A stretch of 64,000 nucleotides of DNA, taken from contig JBPGPT010000011.1 in NCBI GenBank assembly GCA_051047955.1, positions 124,001-188,000 on the forward strand. The letters are read 5' to 3'. The stretch comes from Cystobasidiomycetes sp. EMM_F5. Its lineage: Eukaryota. Position numbers and translations under genes: made by a program. Shown here one piece after another: positions 1 through 13,170 of the stretch (position 1 is the stretch's first letter; each line of letters begins with the position of its first letter). The notes below the pieces were generated by a model. The model was not told where the DNA came from. It did no database searches and saw only the letters and a list, made by a program, of their open reading frames with translations.

Positions 1-221
1 GACATTGGATTGGCAGCATCAGTTCATGCATGCAGATAAGCGTTTCCCGTAGACCAATCAGCCAAAAGTGCCCACAGTCGTCATCGTGTGCGCATTAAAG
101 CCCTGGAGTGTTGGTAAACAATTGCGTACGACACAATACAAGGCAGCTAAGACCTCACTCCGAATGCCAGATAGTCTTGCCAGACGCCTCTGACAAAGGC
201 GATGCAGTCAGATTCAGCCAT
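1..221 (-). CDS. 5' end of a probable PaaI/ACOT13-like hotdog acyl-CoA thioesterase (runs off the window)
   Basis: ATG at 221 reads MAESDCIAFVRGVWQDYLAFG, then a GTGAGG..CAG intron, then GFNAHTMTT and another GT donor. Resembles the 'FVRxVW..G' N-terminus of fungal ACOT13-like proteins. Not in the ORF track. Confidence 0.45.
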
Positions 222-435
222 CGTGGCGTGTTTGGTAGAAGCATAGGTGAAGCTGAATGAAGCGAAGGGTAGGGAAATATCAAGTCGAATACTATGAGCA
301 ACAACACGGATATTTGTACTACGCTTCGATACACATTAATATGGACTAGGCTGATACGGGAATATTGTCTGCATAGATTGAAACTTATGAGCTACCATTG
401 CGGCGGGAAAACCGCCAGCAGAGTACTTTACTGAG

Positions 436-2462
436 CTACAGTTGGACCTTCGCCGGTGTGGGAGGAAGAGGTGTGGAGGTATCGATAATAGGCAGGGTAT
501 ACGGTAGGTCAAGTCTATCGATGATCTCGGAAAGGATTGCTCGACCAAACGATGCAGAGTGGTCGATAGCGTTTTGTGCGTGTAGCACAATAGGCCAAGC
601 AAATGCGAAATAGGTCTGTCCGTCCTCAAACAGATCCTCCGGGTTGACTGGAGCTGCGTTTGTATGCTGAGGAGGGAGAGAAGGCATGACCATGTCTTCC
701 ATCCGAACAGATACTGCTTTGTGCGCGAAACGCGATTTACGGAGTGCTGCAACGAGCATATCTTCGCCCGTAGCATTCGTCGCAGCTCGTCCATCTGGAC
801 TGTTGCGGGGAGACGTCTCGAAGCTGTTGCCAGCCAATAAGACACCCTGCGACGAGGGCCACAGAGAATGTATCTTTTCCAATTCACCTTGCATTTTGAG
901 ATAATTCTGTAGAAAGGTTTCCGTGGTCGCGTGGGGAATGGCCGAGTGCGAAGATTGACCGGATGTGTTGGATTCGCTGTCTCCGCCTGGTGGGGAAACT
1001 CCACTTGTAGGGCCTACAGATAGCATACGACCCGCTTGCGCATGCAAATTGCGCGATACTTGAGTATTGACGTGTTGCAGAATGAGTGCTTCGACCATGT
1101 GTCTGTACACGTGGATACTCAGTCTTATTCAACTCAGATCGCGATACTAGACCCACAGTATCGCAACGCCTAGCTCCATGGCTCTGGGAAACTCCTTTAC
1201 GAATCTCGGCGGGAGCGCCGGATCTGTCAGTGGACTGCTTGCGAGTTTCTCCGCTCTCGCTCTGACAAAGGCTAGGAGCTGAGTCATGGAGGACCAATTG
1301 TCAACGAGGCAGCCAGGTTTCCACGTTACAGTATGATTATCAGCCGATGAGACGGACAATGTCGAGGACGAATTAGACAATGTTCTCGATCTCTGCGCCC
1401 CGGCTGCACAGTCGTCCATCCAAAATGCAAAACTGAAGAGGAGAATAGCGTCGATAAACTCTACCATTGCAATCATTGGAGTCATTGCTCGTTGTGCGGC
1501 ACTCCACGTCGGATCGAATCGCTCGGCTGTAAAGTCACGCATGCGTGTGTCGGCTGATCTTTTGCTCTGAGTAGCCATCTTGCGTGCATGGTTGCCTGTT
1601 CGCCTGTACATGTCTGGAGAGTAGGCAGACAAGCTGAATCGTGAGGCAGAGGAAGCATTGAGCGACAGCCGTGACGATGTTGTGGTCGGGGAGGGCAGCG
1701 AAGCAAGAGGGGAGATATGATCGTCTGCGACCAGACCTCCACCTCCATATGTGCCGGTGGTACTGCTCATACCGGCGTCCGAAGCGGGCGAATGAGAATG
1801 CTTGTCGCGCCCATCCTTATCCGTCCTGGGTGAATCGGCTCTCCGAATCCTGAAGCCGTTTCTAAGAGCAAGGGCAGCGGCAGCGGACGATGTGGATGTG
1901 TATGAGGGGGATGCTTTCCTGTCGGTGGCATGATGATCTGGAGAATGCGACTCGCGCTTGATGCGTCTGTTGTCAACGCCTTAATCAGCCTGTGCGCAAA
2001 ACACCAGAGGTTAGAGTATACGCACTTTGACGCAGCGGCATGACCCTGATCCTCGTCTCTGTCCACACGACTTGGACCGCTGTCGTGCTCGTCCGACTTC
2101 TTTCGCTTGAGCGCGCTCGATGGAGGAGGGGGCGCCACAAAGAGCGACGGGATATCAGCCGATACTTTTGGCTGGAGTTGTTTGAGTATCTGCGGGTGTG
2201 AGTAGTATGCATCAGCATGCCGTTCAAGGGAATACTCGAGGTATAGTAGATTGCGAGCGAGCACTATGCGACTGAAAATAGGGGTAGATGGGTTTCCGAG
2301 GACAGAGACACTCACATCCAAGCAGGCCTTGAGGTCAGCGTCCGAGGTGGTCGTGGCCGATATTGCTGCTGATGCGAGCGCCGTGGATGGCTTTGCGGCA
2401 GGCAGTCGCCGTATACCTGGCAGTGGCTTTGTCCCGATCCGTGCCGCTGTTGCTGCAGACAT
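436..2462 (-). CDS. Putative Ebp1/AFF-family (ELL-binding) protein with a helical C-terminal domain
   Basis: ORFs 1767-2555, 1147-1770 and 436-1110 join through short GT-AG introns; the intron at ~1967-2025 restores frame. Motifs KRSADTRMR, FIDAILLFSFAFWMDD, NWSSMTQLLAFV and FAWP..ASFGRAILSE. Start uncertain. Confidence 0.55.
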
Positions 2463-3185
2463 GCTTGCTTGCAGGCCGGCTTTAGCGAATGAGAGGAGCG
2501 AGTACGCTGGCCAGCGAGACTGACTGCGTGAGTATCTTGAGATTACTCCAATCACAGTCCGCGAGTCCCAGTACCGCTGCCAGATTTGTTGTTCGGATTC
2601 CGGATCCGGGGCGTCGAGGCAGACCGATGTCGAGCAGTTGGGCAGGCGATGATGGCAGAGGTGGGGTGTGTGTCGACTACCGGATTGCGAGCAGTATGGT
2701 GCTGGTTTAACAAAGCTTCGAGCAGGCTACATGCTCTGTCTTGAAACAAGCAAACGAGGCTGGCCGGTCTTTGTGGGCAGGGCAACGATCAAAGCCGGGC
2801 ACGAAAAGCAAACAAACGAGGCGTCAACAATGGCTGGGCAATTGTTCAGACTTGAGAGGAGCTATAGCAATATTTCGAGAGCAAAGATGTCAGCTACTAG
2901 TCCTGCAATCATCCAGCAACTCTGCATCTCTCAACCTCTTTACACGGCGGAAAAGCAGGTACGGAATGTCGGCATGAGAGTTGTGGTATTCGCGGTCAAA
3001 GGCCATGCGAGCGAGGAGGCATGGTGCGTCGAGTGTTAGTTGTCACTTCCCTAGGTTGTCAGTCTAGCTGTCACAAATGGAACAAGACCTTGCAGACGAA
3101 GGCAAATTGTTTGCGTTGCGTCGTCGATCAGAAGTTCGTGACACGACGATGTCGCGCTACACGCTATACCAACTGCTCAATTGCC

Positions 3186-4232
3186 ATGTCCATACCTGAT
3201 ACATCCACGTTTGCTGACGAGTCTCACAGTGTTGACGTGTCGATATTCCAACAGAGCGATGTCGTGTTGAAGGGACAAGACGGTCGCAATGTGGCTGTCT
3301 CGGATATTGTGGATTCGTCTGGCATGCTCATTCTCGTCTTCATCCGTCACTTTAGTTGCGGATCATGCTCAAATTACGTAGAGGCTCTGGGCAAAAACGT
3401 CTCAAAAGAATAACTCGAAAGAGCAAATGCAAGACTTGTCGTCATCGGGCACGGAGAACCAAGACACTTCCAAGAATACAAAAGCAAGTAAAACCAATCT
3501 GAGCCCAACAAAATCATTCATTCTCTGCTTTCCGCGCTGCTGAATTTCATCGTGCTCTTTTGATATACAGAACGTACAAATTTCACATACGACGTTTACA
3601 CTGATCAGGATAAGGCTCTCTTCCGCAAGCTTGAGCTAGGAACTGGGTAAGTTCAAGTGGACGCGCCTTTTGTGTTGACGTGGAGCCCAGGTTTGACTCG
3701 CTCCAACGTCGAAACAGATCAGGCATGGGCATTCAGCCCTCATATACCGACAGGGGCATCCTCGCGGATGCGTACGATGCCATCACAGTCAGTCAGATCA
3801 ACGATATTTGACAGCGTGTCGCTAATGCCGAGATCACCGTCTATGCCGTCAGTGGGGCATCAAGCACAATGCACTGTTCTCTGGCGGGAGCTTCAATCAG
3901 GTATGTCAGAAGGCAGTGAGCTACATAAACAACAAGACTGATACGAGAGTCTCTTCGTATACGTGATGTTTCCTCAATAGCTGGGTGGAGAATTCGTACT
4001 GGTTACGGGTAAAAACCAATGCCGAAGTGTAGACTGTACTCGTGAAGGCTGAGTTCGCGATTCAACAGACACTTCTGGGCGCATGGAATGTCTCTACGCA
4101 CACCGGTAAGTGATGATGTCTCGGAGGAGTGCGTCTATGACAGTCTTAGATTGGATTCTCAGAATGAAGACTACACGGGATCATACTCCGCCAGAACTGC
4201 TTCTGGAGAAGATCCAGCAGGCAACCACGTAG
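3186..4232 (+). pseudogene. AhpC/TSA_2 (peroxiredoxin-like 2) redoxin gene with an in-frame TAA at 3411-3413
   Basis: LVFIRHFSCGSC..YVEAL..SKE*LERANARLVVIGHG; later exons give YDVYTDQDKALFRKLEL, GGSFNQLGGEFV and YAHRMKTTRDHT, ending TAG at 4232. Splice sites intact. Confidence 0.75.
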
Positions 4233-4550
4233 TAAGAGGTGACGGATGCGGGCAGGCAGTCTTAGTGGTCAGTAGTATTGCCAGTCTGGCGCTCTGCAGC
4301 AGCAGTCTCCACATCCGTATTAGAAATCTACCTACTCGAGAATTTCAGCGTTACCTCGTTGTTGGAAAGACTGCAGCATATGGAATGTGCTCTTTGTGTC
4401 ATGCCAAGAGACATCCGACGTTTCCCAGGCCAAACAGTATGCATATATTTGCCACCGTATTCGCGACCTATGCGTCAGCTTTCTGCCTCTACCAAGTCTG
4501 TAAAATACAAAAGTCCTGAAGTGCCCTCCTCCACTTGGCGTTAGTCGAGG

Positions 4551-7178
4551 ATGAGCTGGCTCTTTGCGGCCCGCGAGCCTGGGCTGCAGACCTTTGACGA
4601 GACTGTCGGTGAGTGCCGGTCAATCCGGTCGAGGAGACCATGCAACAAGTCCACGCAAGAACTGAGCTTACATTCACTATTTGCACGCTGAATCCGCGAT
4701 ATCGCAGACAAGGCAACATCCGAGCTCGTCCCGACGGATAGTGACGAATCGCTACTGCTATCGCTGCAGCTGAGCGACCTGATACGAAGCAAGCAGCTCG
4801 AAGCAGCTACAGCACTGAAGTCTGTGCGACGGCGCTTGGCGCACACGAATCCAAATGTCAAGATACAGAGCCTGCATGTCCTGGATGTGCTAGTCAAGAA
4901 CAGCGGCGAAGCGTTCCTCGTCGCCGTAGCGAATGGAAAGGACGGATGGGCCACGCAGCTAGAGGATACATGTAAGAGTGTACGTGTGTCCCTTGGGCAT
5001 ATGCTGCTCCGCTGCCTGTGCTCCTGCTGACCATGATGCGAAACACGGCCTTTCAATGCATCATCAGTCCAACAATGACCTCCGGCAACTGGCGCTGCAA
5101 TCTCTGCAGAACTGGGCACTGGCCTTTCAGTCTCAGCAAACCTCCAAAGAACTCTCTTCTAGCGACCTAGTAGGTCTATACAATCGACTTCGCTTCAGCC
5201 TCTCCTTTCCACCAGTTTCACAAGCCATGACGAGCAGCATGATAACGTCCATGTCTGCTCCAGAATGGGTCGATGCGGATCTATGTCAGAGATGTAGGAC
5301 GCCATTTACCGTTACAAATCGAAAACACCATTGCAGGAACTGCGGAGGCGTCTTTTGTGGAGAGTGTTCGTCTAAGAAGATGAAGCTGGAGCATCTGGGA
5401 ATAGAGCAGGAAGTGCGCGTATGTGATGGATGTCACAAGAAGCTATCTACACCAGGAGCCAAGAAGACGTACGTGTGCAGTCATCGTGGCTTGCTTCCGG
5501 TATTGGGTTGTCGAACGCTGACGTTTAGAGCTTACTCAGATCCTTCAAGCCACCATCTGATTCTTCTTCTCCCCCGCAGACATCGCGCTCATTGGCTGCT
5601 GTAGGGTCAAATGGCGCCAAGAGTCAGGAGGAAATAGATTTTGAACGGGCCATCGCAATGTCCTTGGCAGAATCCGGTCCTCAACCTGCTACAAACGGTC
5701 AACAGGCTGGTTCAAGCAGTTTGCCAGGTGTCGGATACGGTTACGGAGAACGGCCAGTACAAAGCTCGCCTTATCCGACACTACATCACGCGAAAGCGGC
5801 ACCAGCTGGGCCGTCGAAGCAGCTCGAAGAGGAAGATCCGGATCTAGCGGCCGCCATTCGTGCTTCTCTGGCCGACGTTGCAGCAGCTTCGCCCCCTGTC
5901 GCTTCCTCTTCCTCGACTCCCTACCAGCCTTACCAAGCCAGTGCTCCATATATTCCCCAAGCTCCGACAGCACCGAGCGTGCCGTCATACGAACTCGCAA
6001 TGAGCGAATTTGATGCCCTTGATGCGTTTTCCAATGTCTTACCCGCTCGCCAAGTGTCATTGGACGATGCAAACGAACTCTTCTATCGAGCAGATCGGCA
6101 TCGAGGCAAGATGCTACGAGGTTTGGAAGACAGCCGAGTGAAAGCGGAGATGCTCGATGAGCTGAACGCAAAGCTGCAGAGGGCGGTTAGACTATACGAC
6201 AGCCTCCTCGAGCGCAGATTAAGTTCGTATCGTCATTCGTACCAGCAGCCTCAACAGCAGTACAATCAGCCGTACCAGCAGCCTCGTCAACAATATTACC
6301 AACCGTCACAGCAGGCGCAGCAGAATCCGCATTCGCAATTTCAGCCTGCCAATCAACAAGATGTACAGCGGTACACATCACCTGCGCCTGCTCAACAAGC
6401 ACATACACCCTACAATCCGGTATATGGACTGCAGTATGGGGCGTCCACGTCGTCTCCTGCCCTAGATCAACAGCATACGGGGTATGACTCAGGCGCGCCA
6501 AATTTGCATCGACAGTCCTCGCTTGCTTATGACAATCAGCCTTATTCCAGTGAAGACCCTCAGCAACAGCATCATGATCATATGCATGCGCGCCAACCCG
6601 GATCTGAAGAACGTCAAAACGTCCATGTGCCTCAATATTCTGATGGTGCATACACTCCTCATCCAAGTGTTCCCTATATGTCACCCCCGTTGAACCAAGA
6701 GCCTGCCCTACACCCTGCTGGTGAAGCGGCCGCTCCCCCTTTCCAGCCGCAGCAGGACTTCAACTTTCCGACTTCACCCAGCCGGCAGATCCACGTACCT
6801 CTAGTAGCTGAGCATCAGACGATGGAAGCTGTGCCGATGAGTGACACGCCGCTGTCACAAGGCGCGCCTCATGCTGGTTTCGACGTCAATGCAAATGGCC
6901 ACCGCGATGCTAACGATGTCGTTGCTTACGGTCAACAATCTCAAGCACCAATGCAATTATTGCAACATCAGCGGCCCCCTCAGCAGCTCTTCGACGCTCA
7001 GGGACACAAACTCAAGCTACAAGGCATGTATTCTTCTGCGTCCTTTCCGTCCGTCCCGCAACTTCCAGTGGGCGGTCTACCCAACGCACACAATGGCGAG
7101 CTTACGAATTATAACGAACACAACCATGAAGCGCACGAACCAGTCAAAAAGCAGGAAGAAGCCTTGATCGAATTCTGA
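4551..7178 (+). CDS. VPS27: ESCRT-0 subunit Vps27/Hrs (VHS, FYVE, two UIMs, Q/P-rich tail)
   Basis: VHS DKATSEL..NPNVKIQSLHVLDVLVKNSG; FYVE WVD..CQRC..RKHHCRNCG..C..C..VRVCDGC; UIMs EEIDFERAIAMSLAE and EDPDLAAAIRASLAD; C-terminal ALIEF clathrin box. Confidence 0.95.
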
Positions 7179-7454
7179 GGTTGTGCGAGTATCAAGTTTC
7201 AGATTCCGAAAATGTCTGCCTTTTTGACAGCTCTTACAGCCGAAACATGTATCTCATGATGAAGTGATAAAGAATGTGACGAGAACGTATGCGGTTGCCT
7301 CGTCGAGAAGTAGTGCTCGCCATTGCCAACGTCTGTCTCAAGAGTTGCGCATCGGCACCAGCACTGAAAGTGGCCCCAACGCTCCCGTAACCATTGCTCG
7401 TCATGCCCATGCTAACCCATTCCTGCTGATAAGAATCCATCGCCCACTGATGCT

Positions 7455-9325
7455 ATGCTGGGCATCCATGGCAGCAGCTTGGTGCGCCGTGGGTGTTCGT
7501 GGAGTGCTAGGCGCCTAAAGTCGACGAGCCTGCTGCGCCGTCAGCTGCGTCGAATGCAGCAGCTGGCAGCAGGGACGGCCATGATATCGGGAGCTGTCCT
7601 TGCGACGACGCCCAAGGCGCTTCCAGAGGCACCGGATGACGAGAAGCAGCAGCCAGTTATGCCGCCACCAGCCAGGACCAACCCATCGTCCCGTCTTGAC
7701 ATTGACGCCGCAGCCTCTTCAACGCAGTATCTGAGATCACTTCCGATGACCGCCCTCCTCCGCTCCTACTTTGTCTTTCTCGCTTGTCAGAGCAGTCTGC
7801 TGGTGGGGTTTGCACCCGTGGCGATAAACAAGCTCGAACACGCCCGACACGCATTCCCATTCGGCATCGGTGAGCTGGCATGGCGGGCATTCAGATCCGT
7901 AGGTGTTCTGCCTTGATTCTGCTGCCCTGATGGTGGCTAAATGGTGCGCCTGATGTTGCCAGGTCATGCGGAACAGCTTCTTTGCGCAATTCGTAGCTGG
8001 CGAGACTGTCCAGGATAGCCTGCCGCTCATCGCTTCTCTCCAAGACAAGGGCTGCGCTACGATGCTGAATTGGTCTGCGGAGGCCGATGAGACAGAGCCA
8101 ATCGGTACCGACACGAATCAGACAATCTTGCAGGATGGTATAAATGAACTCTCGAATGCCACCCGGTCTCTGGCTGCTCTTCACCCAGACCTTAAAGTCA
8201 AGCCGAGCATGTTGGCAGTAAAGGGTGAATTGAACACAATTTGACATCTACCTACAAGCTGAATGACGTATCGAAAATGCAGTGACCGGACTGATACGAG
8301 ACGTGTCCATTCTGGAGCGTGCTTCCGAAGCTCTGCAGTCTTCAACGGCAGCTGCACGGGGCCAGAGTTCCGATGGAGCTGAGGTCGCGCCTAGTTCTCC
8401 TAATCTACACGAAAGCGACGGGGAGAGTCTCTACTATTTACACCAGAACTTACGCAGTCTATGCTCACTAGCACGGGATCAAGGAATACGACTAGTGTTT
8501 GACGCCGAGCAATCTTGGTATCAACCCTGTCTCGACCGATTAGTCAGTCTGCTGGCACGAGAATACAATGCAGGTCAACGACTGCCCGTGGTATACAATA
8601 CGTATCAAGCCAATGTTCAATGCGTTCGGGAAGTTTTGCAGCGCGATATTGAAGATGCGAGAAGTAACGACTATCCATTGGGCGTCAAGCTTGTTCGAGG
8701 CGCTTACGTGGATGCGGAGAACGCACATGCTGCACAGACTGGTAGCAAGTCCAAAGCCTGGTCTACAAAGGCCGAGACGGACCAATGCTACGACGCTTGT
8801 GTACGTTATCTTCTCCAGCAAATACATAGTTCAATCAACACGCTCGCTGTAGGCCCAAGCGTAATCTTCGCTACCCACAACATACCGAGTATTCAGAAGA
8901 GCTTGAAGCTTATGGAGGACATGGGCCTTTGTCACGAAGGTAGCTCAGATGACAAATTGGTCTTGGAGGCACAGCTCGATGGCAAGGTCATGTATGCCCA
9001 ATTATTGTGTACGCAAACGAGCACGAAGAGTTGCGCGCAACGCTAACTTTTTCTCAAAGCTATGGCTGAAAGCCTGACTGACACGATGAATGGGCTTTTC
9101 GAGCGCAAGATCGAGGGATCACCGGATCTTCGATTGCCTGTCAACTGTCTTTACGTGCCATATGGCAGCATTGATCACGTTATTCCTTACTTGCTGCGGC
9201 GGGCACAGGAGAATAAGTCGATACTTCACGGATCGGATGCCTCCGGGAAAGGCGGAGCAGCTCAGCAACGTCGCGCAATCGGCCGAGAAATTAGGCGTCG
9301 CATTCTTCCAGCTCTTTTCGCATGA
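7455..9325 (+). CDS. PUT1: Mitochondrial proline dehydrogenase
   Basis: QFVAGET, FDAEQSWYQP, VYNTYQA, GVKLVRGAY, FATHN and YVPYG..IPYLLRRAQEN motifs; Arg-rich N-terminal presequence. Confidence 0.92.
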
Positions 9326-9372
9326 GCAGTTATGGCCATGGGAGGTCCGAATTCTCCTTGACGCAGTACAGT

Positions 9373-10692
9373 TCATAGTTTCGCTTTAGCCTTGGATTTA
9401 TGCTCATCGCGCCTCTTTTGTGCCAGCTGTGCAGTATCGGACAAGTGATTCAGCACTCAGTTAGTTGGGTATGTAGTTAATCTCGGTACATACGCTCAGC
9501 AAGGCATACATGGATTGTAATCTTGGCATTTCAAATCCCCTACTTCTCGCAATCTTGACTGGGTTGCCCAGAATGACCTCCAGCTCCATCGGCCTTCCGG
9601 CCTCCCAGTCCAGCAGCATAGAGGGCTTGCCGTCAGTATTCCTAACGCCCACAACAATTTGAGCCATAGTAACCTGGTTGAACAGTGCGAGTCGCACCTT
9701 TCTGTACTCTTGAGGATGGCATCCGCTGTAGCTAACTTGGAAGGAAATGGTCTGCCGAGCACTTTCGGCGCCGTTTCGAGAACTTCATTCATGCAGGCTC
9801 GCAAGTGCTCCCGCGTCTCCGGTTCTAACGACATTGCTGCGTTACCCGTCCCGCCTGACAAGACACTGGAGGGATTCATCGAGCCGCTAGAATGATTGAT
9901 GAGCTCGCTCGGCGGCTACGGTCAAGCAGACGTGGGATAAACTTACTTGATGGCAATCTTGTGCCATCGAACAAGCTGCAAGCCTGCCTCGTCGTAAGCC
10001 TCGGCATCCTTTACACCGCCCTCTCTCAGGATGTGCACAAAGTGTGCTGTTTGCTTGTTGGAATCTTCCTCGAATTGCTTCTCTTGTTGAGACTTTGCAG
10101 TTGTTTCGGCCGCACTCCGTGTGTAAGGGCCAATGCTGATTCTGGTCCACCTGTTCTGCTTGATTTTGCCCTGATTAACTTGTGCGGCACTGATGACTGT
10201 CACAGCGCTCAGGATAGGTGTATCAGGGAATCGTTGGCGGTGGGGCTCTTCCACGCCCACCCCGTTTTGAATCAAAACGATACTTGTCCGGCCTTTCACG
10301 ATTGCCGGCTCAATTAAAGCAGAGTCGTCGGTAACGTCTGGCAGCGCTTTCGTCGTAACAACGACATAGTCGTACTGCTGAGCTCTCGCTGCTTCATCGA
10401 CAGAGCGATATACCCCGTGTGGCGTAAAGTGGTAGTTGCCGTACGAATGCGTCTCCATCTCGAAGCCAGACTGCCTTACGACATTGTAGTTGCTGCGGCA
10501 TACGACAGAAACCAGGACTTGAGGTTTGCTCTGGAGATTGTGCAGACGGCTGCCGTAGAAAGCGCCGACTGCTCCAGAGCCGACTGCAAAGCCGCAAATT
10601 AGCGACCGCTGTAAGGGCTTGGATATGCCCAGCTTCGGCTTATGCATACCTATTAGAATGTGTACGGTAGTAATGTCGTTGCTCTTCGACAT
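9373..10692 (-). CDS. Ketopantoate reductase (PanE/ApbA) family oxidoreductase ending in the PTS1 signal AKL
   Basis: ILIVGSGAVGAFYG Rossmann motif, VTTKALP, LIQNGVGVE, RWHKIAIN, KPSMLLDWEAGRPMELEVILGNP; last exon LAQKRRDEHKSKAKAKL*. Confidence 0.9.
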
Positions 10693-10845
10693 GGCTTAGC
10701 AAAGTATTGTTTCTTGGAAGGCTGCCGTTGCAATTTGGCGACAGGTCCTTCCAGTTGCATACAGTGTCGATCTTGTAAGGCTACATCCCTCAATGGGTCC
10801 GAGCGAAAGTATCTAGATACGTACAGAGGCGCGCATCTGCGCGTA

Positions 10846-13065
10846 CTATCTCCCCTGCATCCTGGCTTCAGCAGCCCTTGCTCTCCGCTCTCGCTCTAAC
10901 CTCATTCGTGCCTCAGCGGTCAAGCCTCGAAGCTCCGTCTGCTCTAGCACCTTTTGCGGTGCACCTCCTCCTAGCCTCTGCGGTCGAGTATCAGGGACTG
11001 CTCGCCTTTCTTCCTCTTTTCGTTGTGCATCCTGTGCGGCCTGTTGCTTTAAGCGGTCCTCTTCGGCCGCACGCTCTGCTTCCCTCTCAGCAGCCTTCTC
11101 GCGCATCTTGGCTTTGAGATTGGTTTTACGATCCTTGCCTTTCGCCGCCTGCTGCCCTTCCATCTCTTCCGTAAGCGGAGAAGGTACTTTTGCCTTCTCT
11201 GTCCACGAGTACCATTCCGGATGATCTGCATAGCATCTACGGAATGCATTGCGCACAGCTCGTGAAGCTGATACTTCGTAAGCTGTACGACTGTAAGGTG
11301 CTGATGCTGCGGTATCATCCACGGGAACGGTCAATGTCGGGTCCGCTCGAGCAGATTCCAACAGCCATCGTGCGACATCTGCCTGGTCATTTGCAGATGC
11401 CACATGCAGCAGTGTTTGATTATGACCATTATCTCTGACCCATGACGGAAGCAGCCCTGTCCACTGCTCCGTAGGTCTGCCTTCCGCTGCCTGCTTGTCG
11501 AAGAAGGTCAGTGCGGCATCGAGTCTACCTCGCTGTACCATATCGATGATTCTGTCCCAACGATCTCTTTCGAGCAGCTCCTCCGCGCTAAATTTCGGGA
11601 CAGCCGGCTTTGCAGCCTCGAGCTTCGGCGCCATTTGCACTGGCTTAGGCTTCGGCGCCATAGCAGCACGATAAGCGTCATCTAGCTCCCTGAGCTGAGC
11701 AGCCGTCAGATGTGAGAGTTTGACACGAGTGAGCTCGGTAAAACATCGAATGAGTTCGGCTTGCGTGGGTCGTCGAGTCGGGAAGGGGAAGCTTCTTATG
11801 CGATTATCCTCTAATGAATCATGAGCAGTGCATAGATTTAGCTCAACTGGATGTTGTCAGACTAAGTCACTCACTTCGATCCAGTACTGCATCATCATAG
11901 TCATAGAATATGCGGTGCGATGTTTTGCCGGCACGAATAAACACAAGTTCGCTCTTATCGACATACTCCTTCCAGTCTGTAAGCAGTTGTCGGATCTCAT
12001 CTCTGAGCATAGCCTCGTTGTATCGTCGAATCTGCGCTCCTGCTGATTTGGCCTTTCCCTTGGCATTGTCATTTGCGCTCTGCGCCCCTCCCTGCTTCCT
12101 CCGTGTAGTATAGCGATGATATGTCTTAGACTGCAGTATCACCACCTCCTTCTCTACCCGTCCATTCCGATTCGTCAAGCGGGGCACCAAGCTGACTACA
12201 ATCCCTGCAAAATGCCCGCCGCCCACTGCCAGCAATGTCCAGATACGAGACTTTGAGTCCGTTTCTACACCTCCACGAGCTGCCTGAGCTTTCTTGCCCA
12301 GACTTGTTGCATCCTCTGTGACTTGCAAGCGCCGTAGTTCGTCCAACCATGGTGACTCTGTTGCCTTTTTTACAGCTGATGGAAAGATGGTTCGGTATAT
12401 ACCAAACTGTGTATCTTGGACGACACCGACAGCATCAAACCATAATAAAGGTGATCGCTGGGATAGCAGCTCCGGCTTCTCGTCATCAGGGTCACCATGC
12501 CCATTCAAATCCTGCTTGGCGAGTATACGTGTCACGGCATTTGCTCCAGAAGTATCCAAGTCGGCGTCAGAGTCGTCTTCGGAAGACGAAGAAGAGGCTG
12601 AGCCGGTCAAAGAATCGCTCAAAGCTAATGGTACGGAATAGTCAGATGCGCCCGAATCGCCTTGTCCATAGGTCCAATAGCCTCACCCTGCACCATTTCT
12701 TCAAAGTCATGATGAGACACTGCAGCCTTGTGAGCGAGCTTCCTCTTGACGTTGAATCTGTGCCAGTCGGATCCGAAGTGTGTACGTTGTTCGCTGATCG
12801 AGTCGAAGGATACGATGCCGCACTGGCTGCAGCTCAACGAGCTAGTCGCTGGAGTTGGAGTCGCAGAGCCTTGTACTGCGTCTGAGGAAACATTGGAAGC
12901 ATCGTGGCTTGCAGAGCCGTTTGTCAGGTCTTGACCACCCAGCGGTGCCCGTAAAGCAATGACGTCCAGCAATTCTTGCGGCAGGGCAAAGGCATACAGC
13001 GGGCCATGGGACAGCAGTGGATGCTTGGGCGTCGCCGGCGTAGCAGGCCTCGACGCATCACTCAT
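10846..13065 (-). CDS. VMS1: Vms1/ANKZF1 ribosome quality-control factor
   Basis: C2H2 CSQC..HFGSDWHRFNVKRKL; VLRF1 GGHFAG..KTYHRYTTRRKQGGAQSANDNAKGKAKSAGAQIRRYNE; FPFPTRRPT; ankyrin TLLHVAS; C-terminal RERRARAAEARM. Confidence 0.95.
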
Positions 13066-13170
13066 ATTTGCAGACAGATTGAGCTGATTGAAGCAAACGA
13101 AAGCTGGCGATGGGTCAGCGTTTTATCAATCCGAATACTGACGGTGTCGCATTTCTGGCTGTCTGGCTGG

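Noticed and set aside
1767..1770. ATGA stop/start overlap suggesting translational coupling
   Set aside because: An upstream intron (~1967-2025) shifts the frame and joins both ORFs into one gene.
3411..3413. Selenocysteine or genome-wide stop-codon reassignment
   Set aside because: The codon is TAA, not TGA, and is outside the CxxC motif. Other genes here end normally on TAA, TAG and TGA.
6230..6360. CAG/CAA-rich repeat-like stretch
   Set aside because: Ordinary Q/P/Y low-complexity tail of Vps27.
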